From Candidatus Binataceae bacterium (lineage in GTDB: Bacteria; Desulfobacterota; Binatia; Binatales; Binataceae), in contig CAVRNO010000002.1 of assembly GCA_963722605.1 (NCBI GenBank), positions 548,090 to 612,089 of the forward strand: a stretch of 64,000 nucleotides of DNA, given 5' to 3'. The notes beneath the pieces were generated by a model. That model was not told the DNA's origin, did no database searches, and saw only the letters and a program-made list of their open reading frames with translations. This document shows positions 51,769 to 61,672 of the stretch, one piece after another (within the stretch, counting starts at the first letter, position 1; each line of letters starts with the position of its first letter). Position numbers and translations under genes: made by a program.

Positions 51769-52947
51769 ATGCCATCCACGCAGCAGCCGCCGCCTGCTTC
51801 TGCTACAATCGCCGCCGTGGATTCGCTCGACGACTACATCCCGCGCCCGGGCCTCGCCGTCCCGATCGTCACGATTTTCGACGACCGCGGCCGCATCCTC
51901 GAAGACCAGCAGCGCGCTGTCGTTCGCTTTGCGCTCCAGAATGGCGCCGGCGCCGACATAATTTTTGCCGCAGGCACCACCGGCGAGTGGGACCGCATCG
52001 ACAACCCGCGCCGCCAGGCGGTCGCCCGAATCGCGATCGAGGAATGCCGCCGTGCGCGCGCCTCCGCCGCCAAGAAGATCGAGGCATGGGCCGGCATCAC
52101 CGCGCATACCCGAAGCGACACGCTCGACAATCTCAGCCACGCGCTGAAGGCCGGCGCCGACGCGGCCGTGGTCGCGCCGCTCTCGATCAAGGACGTCGAG
52201 CATCCCGCCGAATTCGTCGAGCGCGACATCGGCGCGGTGTTCGAGCGCGCGGGCCGGATGCTTGCGCTGTTCCTCTACGACAACGCCGGCATCGCCGCGC
52301 CCGGCAAACCGCCGCATCTGCACACGCGCGACGTCAAGGCGATGAGCCGGCTGCCATACGTGCGCGGGATAAAAGTCACCGCCGGCAAAACCGTCATCGG
52401 CAACTACACTCGCGCCGCGTCGCACTTCAAGGCGGGCCACGAATTCGCGATCTACGCCGGCAACCCCTACCTCATCTTCGATTTGTTCGCCCCGCCCGAA
52501 GGCGTCGGCGATCGCATGCGCCATTACTGGAACCGCTACCTGACTCAGCGCACGCGCCCCTACGGCGTCGTTGCCGGCGCGGGCAACGCGATGCCGCGCG
52601 AATGGCAGCGCGCGTGGCAGGTCTGCCGCTCGGGCGACATCGAATTGATGCGGTTGTATGCCGAGGCGCTCGGCGAATTTCGCGTCGCATGCACTTTCAG
52701 GCGCGGCGCGCGGGCATGGCGCCCGACCATCGCATCGCTTAAGGCCTCGCTAAAGGAAATGGGCGTCATCGAGAGCGACGCCGTCGGCGCGGGAACCCCG
52801 GCGCTCAGCGACATCGAACGCCGCGAATTCTCCGCGCGATTCTCGGCCCTGCGCGAGCGCGCCGCCGAGACGCTGGAGCGCGGATGGGTCAGCGAATACG
52901 ATTCGGGGATTCGTGCCGGCGCAAAATCGGTTGGGAGCAATGGCTGA
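51769..52947 (+). CDS. dihydrodipicolinate synthase/N-acetylneuraminate lyase (DapA) family protein with ~100 aa C-terminal extension
   Basis: DHDPS-family GTTGE motif (AAGTTGEWDRI), TIM-barrel-like pattern. Confidence 0.65.
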   Translation: MPSTQQPPPASATIAAVDSLDDYIPRPGLAVPIVTIFDDRGRILEDQQRAVVRFALQNGAGADIIFAAGTTGEWDRIDNPRRQAVARIAIEECRRARASAAKKIEAWAGITAHTRSDTLDNLSHALKAGADAAVVAPLSIKDVEHPAEFVERDIGAVFERAGRMLALFLYDNAGIAAPGKPPHLHTRDVKAMSRLPYVRGIKVTAGKTVIGNYTRAASHFKAGHEFAIYAGNPYLIFDLFAPPEGVGDRMRHYWNRYLTQRTRPYGVVAGAGNAMPREWQRAWQVCRSGDIELMRLYAEALGEFRVACTFRRGARAWRPTIASLKASLKEMGVIESDAVGAGTPALSDIERREFSARFSALRERAAETLERGWVSEYDSGIRAGAKSVGSNG

Positions 52948-54598
52948 AGAAAAACTCGATGTCGTCGGATGTGGGAGCATGGTGGTGGACATGTTCTACC
53001 GCACCCCGCGCATAATCCGCGCCGACGAAAAAATTCTGCTCCGCGCGCATACCGCCAGCGCCGCCATCGAACGCACCCAGGTCGGCGGGCTGGTCCTGAA
53101 TCATCTCGGATGGGGCCGAATCCTCGGGCTGAAAACCGGCGTCTTCGGCAAGATGGGCGACGACCGCAACGGCGAGTTCCTCCGCGACGGGATGGATCGC
53201 CTCGGCATCCGCCATCACCTGACGTTCGACGGCACCGCCAGCGCGTTTGCCAACATCTTCGTGGACGCCGCCGGCGATCGCGCCATCTACATGGCGCGCG
53301 GCGCGACCGGCGAGCTCACTCCCGCCGAGGTTCGCAGCCGCCACGGCGCATTCATCCGCCGCGCCAATCTTGTTTCGACCGAGATTTCGCAACTCCCCAT
53401 TCGCACCGTGCTCGCGATTCTGCTCTTCGCGCGAACCCATTCGATTCCCACCGTGCTCGACGTTGACGTGCCGCCCTCCGACGCGATCGGATCGCTCGGC
53501 ACGCGCACCGAACTCGAACGCGCGCTGAAGCTCGCGACCTACCTCAAGCCCGCCAAAGCCGCCGCGCGCGAAATCGTCGCCGGCAACGGCCGCGATCCGC
53601 TCAAGATGGCCGAGGCGATTCGCGCCCGGTACGGAAATCGCGCGGTCGTAATTACCGAGGGCGACAAGGGATGCTCGATAGCGGCGCGCGAGACTTCCGT
53701 TCGCGTGCCCGCGTTCAAGGTCAAGCAGATCGATTCGACCGGCGCCGGCGACGCGTTTTTGGCCGGCGTCTTTGCCGGCCTTCGGCTGGGGATGCCGTGG
53801 GACAAAATCGGGCGGCTCGCCAACGCCGCCGGAGCGGTCGCGGTCACGCGGCTCGGCGCGTTTCCGTCGGGATTTGAGGTGCGCGAGGAAATCCTCGACT
53901 TGTACGGCGAGCCGATCGCGTTGCCCATTGCGCGGCGCGATAGCGAGCCGCGCGAAGCCGCCATCGTCGATTCGAGCACTGAAGTCGAGAAATTTTTCGA
54001 TCTCGCGATCGGCGAACTCGCCGCGCTTCGCGGTGGATTGAACATCGCCGCCATCTCGCGCACCGTCGAGATTATTCGCACCGCGCTCGGCCGCGGCGGC
54101 CGCGTCCACGTGACCGGAGTCGGCAAGCCCGAGCACGTCGCGCGTTACGCAGCCAGCCTGTTCTGCTCGGTCGGCACGCCCGCCACTTTTCTACACGCGA
54201 CCGAAACCCTGCACGGCAGCCTCGGCCAGGTGCATCCGCGCGACATCGTCATCGCGATTTCAAACAGCGGCAACACCGACGAATTGCTCTCCACCGCCAC
54301 CGCCATTCGCGAACAGGGCGCGCAGTTGATCGCGATCACCGGCAACAAGGATTCCGCGCTGGCCCAACTCGCCGACCTCGTCATCCACGCCCCCGTCCCC
54401 AATGAAGGCGGCGGGCTCGGACTCGTGCCGCGCATCAGCGTGCTCGGCGAAGTCTTCGTGCTCGCGGGATTGTCGGTCGCGCTCGAACTCGCCCACGGCC
54501 TCACGGTCGAGGAGTACAGCCGATGGCATCGAGCGGGCACAATCGGCGAAGCCGCCCGCCGTCTCGCCGAGACCCGCAGCTCCACCCGCCGCGCCTAA
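52913..54598 (+). CDS. bifunctional PfkB-family sugar kinase / SIS-domain sugar-phosphate isomerase fusion
   Basis: PfkB signature DSTGAGDAF and an N-terminal GG-like motif. The C-terminal SIS domain is KpsF/GmhA-like (VHVTGVGKPEHVARYAASLF, AISNSGNTDEL). The probable start is the internal MAEEKLDVVGCG (~52940). Confidence 0.65.
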   Translation: MPAQNRLGAMAEEKLDVVGCGSMVVDMFYRTPRIIRADEKILLRAHTASAAIERTQVGGLVLNHLGWGRILGLKTGVFGKMGDDRNGEFLRDGMDRLGIRHHLTFDGTASAFANIFVDAAGDRAIYMARGATGELTPAEVRSRHGAFIRRANLVSTEISQLPIRTVLAILLFARTHSIPTVLDVDVPPSDAIGSLGTRTELERALKLATYLKPAKAAAREIVAGNGRDPLKMAEAIRARYGNRAVVITEGDKGCSIAARETSVRVPAFKVKQIDSTGAGDAFLAGVFAGLRLGMPWDKIGRLANAAGAVAVTRLGAFPSGFEVREEILDLYGEPIALPIARRDSEPREAAIVDSSTEVEKFFDLAIGELAALRGGLNIAAISRTVEIIRTALGRGGRVHVTGVGKPEHVARYAASLFCSVGTPATFLHATETLHGSLGQVHPRDIVIAISNSGNTDELLSTATAIREQGAQLIAITGNKDSALAQLADLVIHAPVPNEGGGLGLVPRISVLGEVFVLAGLSVALELAHGLTVEEYSRWHRAGTIGEAARRLAETRSSTRRA

Positions 54599-54604
54599 GC
54601 GCAG

Positions 54605-54635
54605 CCTTAATACTGGGTGCAGGGCTCAGCCCTGC
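54605..54635. repeat. REP/MITE-like element, copy D (partial, inverted orientation)
   Basis: CCTTAATACTGGGTGCAGGGCTCAGCCCTGC is the reverse orientation of the GCAGGG..CCCTGCACCCAGTATTAAGG core. An adjacent 11 bp palindrome GCGGAACCCAC/GTGGGTTCCGC at 54645..54668 sits between convergent genes. Confidence 0.65.
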
Positions 54636-54700
54636 CCAAGGAGGTGCGGAACCCACGGTGGGTTCCGCATTGAATAAAATGATTTACCCTTCCCGCCGCG

Positions 54701-55480
54701 TCATTTCCCCTTGAACTTCGGCGAGCGCTTTTGCTGAAGCGCCGCGATGCCTTCCTTGTAGTCGGCCGTCCGCCGCGCCGCGCCCTGCGCCTGCGCCTCG
54801 CATTTCAGAACCGCGAACAGGCCCATCGCCTCTTCGTCGATCCTGCGCACCAAATGCTTCGATTGCATAAACGCCGCGGTCGGACCCAACGCCACCTGCG
54901 ATGCGAGCTTGCGGGTCTCCGCGACCAGCGAGGCCTTCGCGATGCTGCGGTTGACGAGTCCGAGATTGGCCGCCTCCGCGCCCGAGAGCATCCGTCCGGT
55001 GTAGATGAGTTCGAGCGCGCGATGGGTTCCCAGGCGCGAGACGAAAAACGAATGGCCGCCCGAATCCGGCACCGCGCCGATACGCGCGAACGGCGAACCG
55101 ATTTTGGTGTCATTGTCGTCGGCGACATAGACCACGTCGCACGCGAGTGCGAGGCCAAGTCCGACTCCCACACAGGCGCCGTGAACCGCCGCGAAGGTCG
55201 GCGCTGGGAAAGCGACGACTCGTTTGATCAGCGGATTGAATATGTCCTCGATTATAGCTTCGGCGTCCTCGACGCCCGCCGCGCCATCCGCAGGCTCTCG
55301 TCCCACCGAGAATGCCGGTCCCTCACCGCGGATCATCAAAGCCCGCGCGCCCTGCGACGCCGCGCGCTCCAGGCATCCGTTCAGCTCGGCCGCCATCGCC
55401 TCGTCAACCGCGTTCATCTTGTCAGGACGGTTTAGGACAATCTCCGCCAGACCGTTTTCGACCGACAATTCAACGCTCAT
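54701..55480 (-). CDS. enoyl-CoA hydratase/isomerase family protein
   Basis: Crotonase fold motifs (AAVHGACVGVGLGLALACD). Confidence 0.85.
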   Translation of the reverse strand: MSVELSVENGLAEIVLNRPDKMNAVDEAMAAELNGCLERAASQGARALMIRGEGPAFSVGREPADGAAGVEDAEAIIEDIFNPLIKRVVAFPAPTFAAVHGACVGVGLGLALACDVVYVADDNDTKIGSPFARIGAVPDSGGHSFFVSRLGTHRALELIYTGRMLSGAEAANLGLVNRSIAKASLVAETRKLASQVALGPTAAFMQSKHLVRRIDEEAMGLFAVLKCEAQAQGAARRTADYKEGIAALQQKRSPKFKGK

Positions 55481-55704
55481 AATCGTGGCCTCAGAGTTTG
55501 CTGAAACACAGGGATAATGCCTTCGGCGGTGATATCGCCCACGGCAACCCCCTCAATATCAAGTTCCGCAATCGCGGGGAACGGGATGCTCCGTCGCTCT
55601 GCCGTCGAACGTGTGCCGTTTGCCGAGAGCGTTTTCCAGCAAGCCGCCGCGCGATATTATATTTGCGACTGGTTCACTTGAATGCGTATGCGAAGGGCGG
55701 CGTG

Positions 55705-57018
55705 AATTCACCTCTAGCTCTACTCAAAAGCGACTCCCTGAACCGCCGCGAACTGACGTTCAAGGCGCTTGCGGGCCTGGTCGGCGGCGCGATCGGATGG
55801 CTGCCGGTCGAGATGGCCTCGCACAACCACACGCTGACCGAGCAGATGACTTCGGCCCAGGCATTGGCCGCGACCATTTCGATGTGCGTGCTTTCGGGAT
55901 TGATCGGTGGATTTATACTTGCCGCCGAAGGGCAGCGCCTTGATTTCAACCGGGATGCGCAACTTCGCTTTGCCCGCGGTTTCGCCATCTGTGCTTTCCT
56001 GGCCTACTTCGGCAACGGATGGTCCAACGCTTTGTTCACCGCGATGCTGAACGCCGGCGGATGGGGTGTGGGCCACCAAGGGTCGGCGCTCTTCCTGGTC
56101 CTGGGCCGGGTGATGAGCTGGACGGTGCTGGGTGCGGTGCTCGGCGCCGGCGTGGGCATAGCGACGCTTTCCCCGCCCAATATCCTGAAAGGCGGCTTCG
56201 GCGGCGTGGTCGGCGGATTTCTCGGCGGACTCACCTTCGATTTCATCAACCTGATTACCGGCGGCGGCCTGTTCGCGCGGCTGGTGGGGCTCAGTTCAAT
56301 CGGTCTTGCGATTGGATTGTTCATCGGGCTGGTGCAAGAGCTGACCAAGGCGGCGTGGGTCACGGTCGAGCAGGGACGGCTGCGCGGCCGCCAGTACCGG
56401 ATCGAAGGTGCCCGCGCGTCGATCGGCCGCGCCGAGGAAAATCCGGTCGGCCTGTTCGGCGATCCAGCCGTGCAGCCGCGGCACGCCGTAATCGAACGGC
56501 GCGGCGCCGACTACGTGATCAGGAATCTCGCGGTCCAGGCCGGCACCTTCGTCAACGGCAATCGAATCGAAAGCGTTGACCTCCACGACGGCGATCGAAT
56601 CAACATCGGAGGCTACCAAATCCTGTTCCATCTGCGCGCGACGCCGGCGCAGGCCCGCCAACAAGCGTCGCTCGCCGTCGATACGGCGAGTCAAGCGCGC
56701 GTCGCCCCGCGGATGGCCGCGGCCAACGCGCAGATCGAGGGGCCGAGCCTGGTCGATGCGTCGGGGCAGTCCTACCCCGTCCGCACCGGTGCGATTACCC
56801 GCATCGGACGCGCGCTCGACAACGAAATCGTGGTCGGCCATTCCTCGGTCTCACGCCATCACGCGAGTATCGAACATTCGGACGGCGTGTTCGCGGTGAA
56901 AGACCTCGACAGCCAGAACGGAACCTTCGTCGGCAACCGGCGCGTGACCGAGCCAACGCGCGTGAGCGACGGCGACGCGCTCAGATTCGGCGACGCGCAG
57001 TTTACCTTCCGTGGCTGA
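55705..57018 (+). CDS. polytopic membrane protein with two C-terminal FHA domains
   Basis: Multiple hydrophobic helices, then two FHA cores (IGRAEENPVGL...HAVIERRGADYVIRNL...NGTFVNG and IGRALDNEIVV...SVSRHHASIEH...SQNGTFVGN). The GTG start (VNSPLALL) was read from the sequence. Confidence 0.7.
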   Translation, partial: NSPLALLKSDSLNRRELTFKALAGLVGGAIGWLPVEMASHNHTLTEQMTSAQALAATISMCVLSGLIGGFILAAEGQRLDFNRDAQLRFARGFAICAFLAYFGNGWSNALFTAMLNAGGWGVGHQGSALFLVLGRVMSWTVLGAVLGAGVGIATLSPPNILKGGFGGVVGGFLGGLTFDFINLITGGGLFARLVGLSSIGLAIGLFIGLVQELTKAAWVTVEQGRLRGRQYRIEGARASIGRAEENPVGLFGDPAVQPRHAVIERRGADYVIRNLAVQAGTFVNGNRIESVDLHDGDRINIGGYQILFHLRATPAQARQQASLAVDTASQARVAPRMAAANAQIEGPSLVDASGQSYPVRTGAITRIGRALDNEIVVGHSSVSRHHASIEHSDGVFAVKDLDSQNGTFVGNRRVTEPTRVSDGDALRFGDAQFTFRG

Positions 57019-57353
57019 AGCGGATTTCGAGAAACCGAGGTTTTGCTCGCGATGCGGTCAGCCGATCGTCGTCGCCGACGCGAGCTTCTGCAAATCGTGC
57101 GGCGCGCCGGTGACTCGTTTCGCGATGCTGCGGCGCGGTCGCAGGGTTCAGCCCGATGCTGGCGCTCGTGCTAAGCATCGTGCCGGGCGTCGGTCAGATT
57201 TATCGGGGCAAACCGTTGCGGGGAATCTTGTGGTTTTTCGGCGTATCGTTGGCGTACGGCGCGGGACCGCCGTTCGGCTTCCTGATGCATCTGATATGCG
57301 CCGCCAATGCAGCCTTCTCGGATACGATGCGCGGGGACATGCTCGCCCGATAA
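57011..57353 (+). CDS. zinc-ribbon membrane protein, apparent frameshift near 57135
   Basis: The N-terminal CxxC...CxxC ribbon (CSRCGQPIVVADASFCKSCG) is in ORF 57011. The TM segment with GVGQIYRGKPLRGILWFF is in ORF 57156..57353. Confidence 0.45.
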
Positions 57354-57413
57354 ACATGAACACGCCGCCGGCTGCCGCAGAATTGAAGAAATGGTTAGAT
57401 TCCGATTGAACGC

Positions 57414-58925
57414 ATGATTGCGCCCAACACCATCGTCGGCGGCCGTTACCGCGTGACCAAGCCGCTCGGCGGGGGCGGGATGAAGCTCGTCTATCTCGCC
57501 GAGGACTTGCGGCTTGCCGCGCGGCCGTGTGCGCTGGCCGAGATGGTCGATAGTTTCACCAGCCCGGATACGCAGAAACAGGCGGTGGCGGCTTTTCAGC
57601 GCGAGGCCGACATGCTCGCGCAACTCAGCAACGAACACATCCCGCGCGTGTTCGATCGCTTCAGCGACCAGAACCATCACTATCTCGTCATGGAGTTCAT
57701 CGACGGGATCACGCTGGAACAGAAACTCAAAGACGCCGGCGGCAAGCTTCCCGAGGACGCCGTCATCGATGTGGCGCTGCAAGTCCTGGACACGCTCGAG
57801 TACCTGCACAACCTGGAACCGCCGGTGATCTATCGCGACCTGAAGCCGTCGAACCTGATGCTCACGCCGTCGGGACAGGTCAAGCTCATCGACTTCGGTA
57901 TCGCGCGCCTGTTCCAACCACTGCGCAACGCCACGATGATCGGCACGCAGGGCTACGCGCCGCCCGAGCAATATCGCGGCAAGGTCGAGTCCCGCTCGGA
58001 CCTGTACGCGCTCGGCGCCACGATGCATCATGCGCTGTCGGGCCGCGATCCCGCGCTCGAGCCGCCCTTCAGCTTTCCGCCGTTGCGCCCGCTATGCCCT
58101 GGAATTACTCCCGCGCTTGCCGACCTGGTCGATCAGGCGCTCAAGTACGACGTGGTCTTGCGGATGGCCGACGCCGCGGAATTCAAGCAACGGCTCATCG
58201 CGATCAAGTCGGGCGGCGCGCCGGCGGCGACGGCGGAGCGCAGTTCGTCAACCGGAGCGGCGCCACGCCCGCAACTCAAGCTGCCGCTCGTCGGCGTCAA
58301 GTCCAGAGAGCAGTACGCGTCGGCGCCGACGATACTGAGCAACCAGATCGATACGGAATGTCCGCGATGCGGCCGGAATATCCCGGTGGATTCAAACTTC
58401 TGCTCGTTCTGCGCCGCCGACGTAACCGGACGATTGTCGGCGCCGGATCGCGGCGCGCACGAGGCGCGGACGATCGTGCTCGACGACGTTGCTTCGCCGG
58501 GAGATTTTCCGGGTCCGATCTTTCACGAGCGCCGTCACCGGCGGCATACCGCGCGGACGCTGGCGATTGTAGTCGGCGGATTTTTTCTCATCGGGTACCT
58601 CGTGTTCCACTGGTCGCAACCGCAGCCTTCCGACGGCGACACGGGGCCCGGCTTCGGCGCGCCTCCGGGAGTGCCGTACGGCGGCGTTCCCGACGCGGCC
58701 GAGCCGGTGCATACGGAACCACGGGAAATAGCGCTGCGCCGCGTGCTCAACGCGCAGGGCTACACCTCGGTGCATTTCAGGATGGAGGGTGACACGATCG
58801 TCCTGTGGGGCACGGTGCTGACGGAAGCCGATCGCCTCATGGTGCAGACGCAGATTTTCATGTTTGCGCATATTTTCTCGATCGAGGACCACCTCCAGGT
58901 GCGCGACACCTTCGCCGCGCCGTAG
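57414..58925 (+). CDS. serine/threonine protein kinase with Zn-ribbon, TM helix and C-terminal extracytoplasmic domain
   Basis: Hanks kinase motifs (GGGGMKLVYLAED, YRDLKPSN, DFGIAR, GTQGYAPPE), CPRCGRNIPVDSNFCSFCAADV, TM helix (LAIVVGGFFLIGYLVF). Confidence 0.85.
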   Translation: MIAPNTIVGGRYRVTKPLGGGGMKLVYLAEDLRLAARPCALAEMVDSFTSPDTQKQAVAAFQREADMLAQLSNEHIPRVFDRFSDQNHHYLVMEFIDGITLEQKLKDAGGKLPEDAVIDVALQVLDTLEYLHNLEPPVIYRDLKPSNLMLTPSGQVKLIDFGIARLFQPLRNATMIGTQGYAPPEQYRGKVESRSDLYALGATMHHALSGRDPALEPPFSFPPLRPLCPGITPALADLVDQALKYDVVLRMADAAEFKQRLIAIKSGGAPAATAERSSSTGAAPRPQLKLPLVGVKSREQYASAPTILSNQIDTECPRCGRNIPVDSNFCSFCAADVTGRLSAPDRGAHEARTIVLDDVASPGDFPGPIFHERRHRRHTARTLAIVVGGFFLIGYLVFHWSQPQPSDGDTGPGFGAPPGVPYGGVPDAAEPVHTEPREIALRRVLNAQGYTSVHFRMEGDTIVLWGTVLTEADRLMVQTQIFMFAHIFSIEDHLQVRDTFAAP

Positions 58926-58935
58926 TATCCGCCTG

Positions 58936-59592
58936 ATGATCGCCGATCTGCACGTCCACACCCGGCTTTCGTCCGACACCAACGTCGGGCCGGAGCAATA
59001 TCTCGAATTTGCGAAAAGCTCGGGCCGCGCGCTGGGCGCGATTTGCTTCACCGAGCATCGCCTGTTCCCGAGCGATCGCGAAGTCGGCCGGCTCTACGCG
59101 GAACTCGCGCAGCAATTTCAAATCGCCATCTTCAAGGGAATCGAAGCCGACACCGACCTCGGCCATCTGCTGCTATTCGGCGTGACCGACGAAGTGACGC
59201 GCCGATTCGATCTGACGGCGCGGATGCTCAAGAGCGACAGCCTGATCGAAGTGCTGCATGATCAGGGCGGCATCGCAATTCCGGCGCATCCGTTTCGCGA
59301 TTCCGGTTACGGCCCGCGCCTGGACGCGCTGCTCAGCCGCCACGGCGCGGCGCTTGGCGCGATCGAGGCGCTCAACGGCCAGAACTCGATCGAGGAGAAT
59401 CGCCGCGCGCAGGACGCCGCGCTCAAGCTCGGCCTGGCGGCGGTCGGCGGCAGCGACGCTCATTTCGCGACTGCCCAATGGTTCATGACGACCGCGACGG
59501 AATTCGAACGCGACCTGCGCACGGTGGAGCAACTGTGCGCCGAAATCCGCGCCGGACGCGCTCGCCCCTACGTCTTTGCGGGTCCGGACTGA
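58936..59592 (+). CDS. PHP-domain metal-dependent phosphoesterase
   Basis: PHP motif I (MIADLHVHTRLSSD), downstream His/Asp motifs (FTEHR, GGSDAH). Confidence 0.7.
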   Translation: MIADLHVHTRLSSDTNVGPEQYLEFAKSSGRALGAICFTEHRLFPSDREVGRLYAELAQQFQIAIFKGIEADTDLGHLLLFGVTDEVTRRFDLTARMLKSDSLIEVLHDQGGIAIPAHPFRDSGYGPRLDALLSRHGAALGAIEALNGQNSIEENRRAQDAALKLGLAAVGGSDAHFATAQWFMTTATEFERDLRTVEQLCAEIRAGRARPYVFAGPD

Positions 59593-61634
59593 GCCGCGCC
59601 CCGCGCCGCGCCCGGCGGTTGCGCTCTTTCCAACTCGTACGTGAATTGCCGGATGTCTTGCGGACGCCCTGCCGCGATCAGTTCGTCGCCTTCCTTGAGC
59701 GGGCGATCGGGCGTAATCGGCGCAAATCCGCCATCCGAATTGCCCGCTTGCTGAACCCCGAGAACCGTGACGCTGAATCGCGCGCGCGGGTCCAGTTGAC
59801 GCACCGTTTTTCCCGCCGCGTTGGCGGGCACCGTGAGCCGCGTCACTCGATAACCGGTCGCCCAATAGATATTCGGGTCGCGCGTCGCAAGCGTCGAGAT
59901 GGAAACCGTCACGCGGTTGAGCGCCTGCGCGATATGCTGCCCGTTGACCAGACCGAGAAAGCGCCGGGTGGCGCGATCGACGACCGGAACCTCGTCGAGG
60001 CCGTCGTGCTCCATCAATTGGCTCGCCTCATCGAGATTCGCCTCGAGCGGCACGGTGGGACCATGCGCGTTGCAGATGTCGAATGCGTTGACCAGCGGGC
60101 CGAGTTCCTCTCCTCCGCCGATCATGGACAGCAAATCGCGCACCACGATTGTCCCCGCGAGCTCGCCTTCGCTGTTCACCACCGGCAGCGTGGATTGCGC
60201 CGTCTCGCCCGCGGTGCGCAGCACATCCAACAGCGAAGTGTTCTCGGCCACCGTCGTCACGTTCCGGGTTACCACGGCGCTGACCGGTATCAGCGCCAGC
60301 GCCAGCCGCTCGCGGCCGATTTGCAGCGTCTTGCCCGCGCGCGCCAGGCGGAACTCGTCGATCGATTCGGTTTCGATCGCGCGCGCCACCACCAGCGCCG
60401 TAATCGTCGCGATCATCGCGGGCAATGCGATCGTGTCGCTGTGCGTCATCTCCCAAAGCAGGAACAGCGCCGTCAGCGGCGCGTGCGTGGTGCCGGCCAG
60501 AAACGCGCCGAGCCCGACCAGCGCGTACGATCCGCGCGGGCCGGTCAGCGCGGGTATCAGCCTCGCCGACACCCGCTGGAACAACCCGCCCGCCATCGTG
60601 CCGATGAAAAACGTCGGGCCGAAGCATCCTCCCGGCGCGCCGCATCCGAGCGACACGCTGCTGGCGAAGAACTTCGCGCAGGTCAGCGCCGCCAGCATTC
60701 CCATGCCGAACTCGCCCGCCATCGCGCTGTTGATAACCGGATATCCGTCGGACAGGTTTTGCGGCCGCCAGATCGCAATCACACCGACCACCGCAAGTCC
60801 CGCTTCGAGCTTCACCCATACCGGCAGATTCAGCCGGCGAAACCATGCGTCGGTTGCGTTGAAAAACCGGATGTAGTTTGCCGCGAGCACGCCCAGCGCC
60901 GCGCCCATCATCGCGTAGGTGGCCATTTCCCAGTAACTGCGCAGCACGAATTCAGGCACGACGAAGACCGCCGCGTTGCCCACGATCGCTCGCGAGGTGA
61001 TCACGGCGGTGAAGGTGGCGATGATCAGCAATGTGAGGTTGGCGATTTCGGTGTGGCCGAGCAGAACGATTTCCTGCGCGAACATCAAGCCGCCGATCGG
61101 CGCGTTGAACGTCGTCGCGATACCGGCGCCCGCTCCAGCCGCGACCAGCACCTTGGCGCGATCGGGCGACAACTTTCTGAGCTGCGCGATAGTCGATCCG
61201 ATCGCGCCTCCGACCTGGGCGATCGGACCTTCGCGCCCGACCGACGCGCCTGCCCCCAATGAAATCGCGGCGCCCGCAGCCTTGACGAAGATCCAGCGCC
61301 GCTTGAGTCGCGCGGTGCCCAGGTTGACCATCTCCAGGAAATTCGGAAAGCCGTAACCGAGCACGTCCTCGGGAAAGATCCGGTCAAGCAGCAGGATTGC
61401 TGCGCCGCCGCTCAGCAGGATCAACGGGATCAGGGCGCGATGCGGTCCGCCGAGCCCGATTCCGAGCGCGTTCCATTCGAGCACGCGAAACAGCCACGAG
61501 AAGAATTCGATCAGTTTGCGAAAGCCGAGATTTCCAAGCGCCGCAAGCACGCCCACGGTCACCGCGAGCAGGATCAGTTGAACGTATTCGAACTGGTCGC
61601 TGCGCAGCGCAAAAGAAGGTCGTCGCATCAGCAA
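59568..61634 (-). CDS. ClC family H+/Cl- antiporter/channel with C-terminal CBS pair and TrkA-C-like domain
   Basis: ClC selectivity motifs (GREGP, GxFxP-like GIATTFNAPIGG), many TM helices, CBS domains. Confidence 0.85.
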   Translation of the reverse strand: MLMRRPSFALRSDQFEYVQLILLAVTVGVLAALGNLGFRKLIEFFSWLFRVLEWNALGIGLGGPHRALIPLILLSGGAAILLLDRIFPEDVLGYGFPNFLEMVNLGTARLKRRWIFVKAAGAAISLGAGASVGREGPIAQVGGAIGSTIAQLRKLSPDRAKVLVAAGAGAGIATTFNAPIGGLMFAQEIVLLGHTEIANLTLLIIATFTAVITSRAIVGNAAVFVVPEFVLRSYWEMATYAMMGAALGVLAANYIRFFNATDAWFRRLNLPVWVKLEAGLAVVGVIAIWRPQNLSDGYPVINSAMAGEFGMGMLAALTCAKFFASSVSLGCGAPGGCFGPTFFIGTMAGGLFQRVSARLIPALTGPRGSYALVGLGAFLAGTTHAPLTALFLLWEMTHSDTIALPAMIATITALVVARAIETESIDEFRLARAGKTLQIGRERLALALIPVSAVVTRNVTTVAENTSLLDVLRTAGETAQSTLPVVNSEGELAGTIVVRDLLSMIGGGEELGPLVNAFDICNAHGPTVPLEANLDEASQLMEHDGLDEVPVVDRATRRFLGLVNGQHIAQALNRVTVSISTLATRDPNIYWATGYRVTRLTVPANAAGKTVRQLDPRARFSVTVLGVQQAGNSDGGFAPITPDRPLKEGDELIAAGRPQDIRQFTYELERAQPPGAARGAAQSGPAKT

Positions 61635-61672
61635 TACCGCCGCGTGAGCGCGCTATCCGCCACCGGTCGCCG

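Noticed and set aside
57011-57409. 132 aa ORF as an intact Zn-ribbon protein with an Arg-rich tail.
   Set aside because: After residue ~50 the tail is Arg/Ala-rich nonsense. The overlapping +1 frame encodes a plausible TM segment (ORF 57156..57353), so a frameshift is more likely.
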